From Phoronis australis (taxonomy: Eukaryota; Animalia; Phoronida): 64,000 bases of DNA. Made by a program: the position numbers and the translations under genes. The stretch spans positions 698,044-762,043 of the forward strand of contig NMRA01000002.1 of the NCBI GenBank assembly GCA_002633005.1, given 5' to 3'. The notes below the pieces were generated by a model. The model did no database searches and had not been told where the DNA came from. It worked only from the letters and a program-made list of their open reading frames with translations. Positions 61,985 through 64,000 of the stretch are shown in pieces; position 1 is the stretch's first letter, and every line of letters begins with the position of its first letter.

Positions 61985-64000
61985 TTACAACCCCAGGGAT
62001 GAAGCCATCAAGAGTTGAGTAACCGTGAATCAACACGGAGAGTAAGAATGGGCCTAGGACCAGTACACTGACCGGTAGCGAGGAGGTGCCTCAAGAAGCT
62101 ATACCTGAGATCTAACGGTGTTAAAATACGAAATTCTCGATGAACTAAAGCTAGTTGCTGGTCAGCTCAGCCGTGATTCAATTGAGACAGGCAGCTCGTA
62201 CCGACCGTCTGCGCTCGCTCTAAGGTCAAGATTCGTCTTATTGTGATCCAGTTTCGGGAAAACTTTATTTTATTATGGTCATCCTTTGAAGGAGTTTTTT
62301 TGAAAAGGTGAGGTCCCGAAGTCTCTGGTATAGTGCCTTTGGATCACTGAGATCTGCGCGGGCCTACTGCATGGTTACATCTTATTTTTAAAATGGGTAC
62401 GTCAGCCATGACGTGCACGCGAATCAGGACAAGGTATATTTTTGCTCATTTCAGAGGTACCTATAACGGTTCACGAGGTAAACTTGAACTTCACTGACAA
62501 AAAAAAACAAAAAACGCTGAAATCTCAGTTTATGATCGAGAGAGTACCCCCTTTCGACATGTACACGATCATCACAAGTAGTAGCCTAGACAGCAGTGTT
62601 TTCCACACGTGGGAATTCCTTACAAACAACTAACTCATAGTACTACGGGAAACAGTAACATTATTTTAGAACTAATCATCGGAAACAGTCCTTTTGTGTA
62701 ATTCACAAACAGTAGTGTTCACGTTCTTCAAAATTCCACCCTCTCGATGCGGCAATCCTACTGTATTGTTTTCCCATTTTTGGTTGTTTGGGTCGAATGG
62801 CTGTGCTGTGCACGGATGTTTTGCTTTTTTGGTGAATTTGAAACCTCACTTTCCGTCGTGAATACTTGGCAGTGTCGGATTTACATGTATGGAGGGACAA
62901 AGGGACATTTCCCCCGAACTGCTTCACCTAGAGAGAGGGTACCGTCTGAAATGGAACAACTTAGGATGAAAGGCTAAACATCATTAAGGTTGGAAAAAAG
63001 AGTGACAGTTCATTCCACCGTCATGTGGTCTCAAAACGATGCAGGGGGTGACCTCCTTCAACATGAATGCCGGTTGCACGATTTCACAAAAAACAGGTAA
63101 AAAGAAGTTATCAAATCCAACATTGGACCCTCTCTCCGTGAGCGGCCCCTTAAGAATTTATCAATAAAAACACAAAAAGGGTGGCCACTTGAATGTCGTC
63201 AATGGCGGGACCACTAAATATGAAAATTACTATATTTTCAAATATCAGGAAATGCGCAGCAACCAATGTTATCTGTCAGGTCATCATTTTTTCTCAAGTA
63301 ATATACAGTTTCAAGAAAAAATAAAGCGAAAGTTGTCTCCGTTATCCCTTGCCAGAGAGGGGCATATGGAAAAATATAGTTTTGCATTCACAAAATTGAC
63401 TTGAGTGAATTTATAAATCCAGTAAATTAGTACGCTACGCAAAAGCTTCGCTTTACAAATTTTCTCGATTTTTCAAGTATGTGATTGATTTCGTGCACGT
63501 TTTCAAGTGCGTTTAGACGACCTGTGCTGGAAAAGCGGAGACCCTAACTACAATGTCCTGGCCAGGGTCCTCAAAAGGTAAACGATGCACTGATGCAGAG
63601 TTGTTAAAAGTTCTCTTGAATTTTCTCTCTTATCCGTATTTCGCTGTCTTTCTTTTCTGGAATGTCCGCGGCCGCACGCCTATGTTAGTTGCCACGTTTT
63701 AACCCTAGCGCCTGAAAAGTTTTGAGGGGCCATGTTATGGAAAAGAGGAAAGAAACCAAGACTTTCCCGAGGAGATAGTTTTCAGTCACGTGCATTCATT
63801 AAGACATTGATTGATGACTAACTAAAAGTGTTCGAGTTCAAATTTATTAACAGCGTTTCATACACCCCTTTCATACACAATATGACATACAGGGCGTCTC
63901 ACTGTAATTATTCTACTAATTTTGAAATATCACTGAAATGTAAATAAAAGAGTTTACTTTTCAACAAATTAACAATTTTTTTTCATTTCAACAATTTATT

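Overview
Eukaryotic animal DNA, AT-rich and repeat-rich, most likely from a marine invertebrate (taxon not determinable here). The main feature is a + strand synaptotagmin-15-like gene with tandem C2 domains. Six C2-coding exons (38298-49525) splice in frame at canonical GT-AG sites. A Ser/Pro-rich linker exon (25850-26049) and a probable short first exon (1737-1774) complete a 380-aa model with no visible transmembrane segment. Downstream is an intronless 195-aa ORF (54421-55008) that looks genuinely coding but has no recognisable family. The introns and intergenic DNA hold many transposon relics: Kolobok-type elements with TTAA TSDs, Harbinger-type MITEs, two long foldback elements, several THAP-domain remnants (one with its intron preserved inside a 2.7-kb TIR element), a decayed LINE RT, an RTE-5'UTR-like tandem repeat, tRNA-derived SINE heads, a probable solo LTR and a repeat array rich in CTCF-like motifs. 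I found no prokaryotic-type system (no CRISPR array, operon or rRNA) and no firm evidence of a new biological system. Repeat boundaries were read by eye and are approximate unless a TSD is given; family comparisons are from memory, not database searches.
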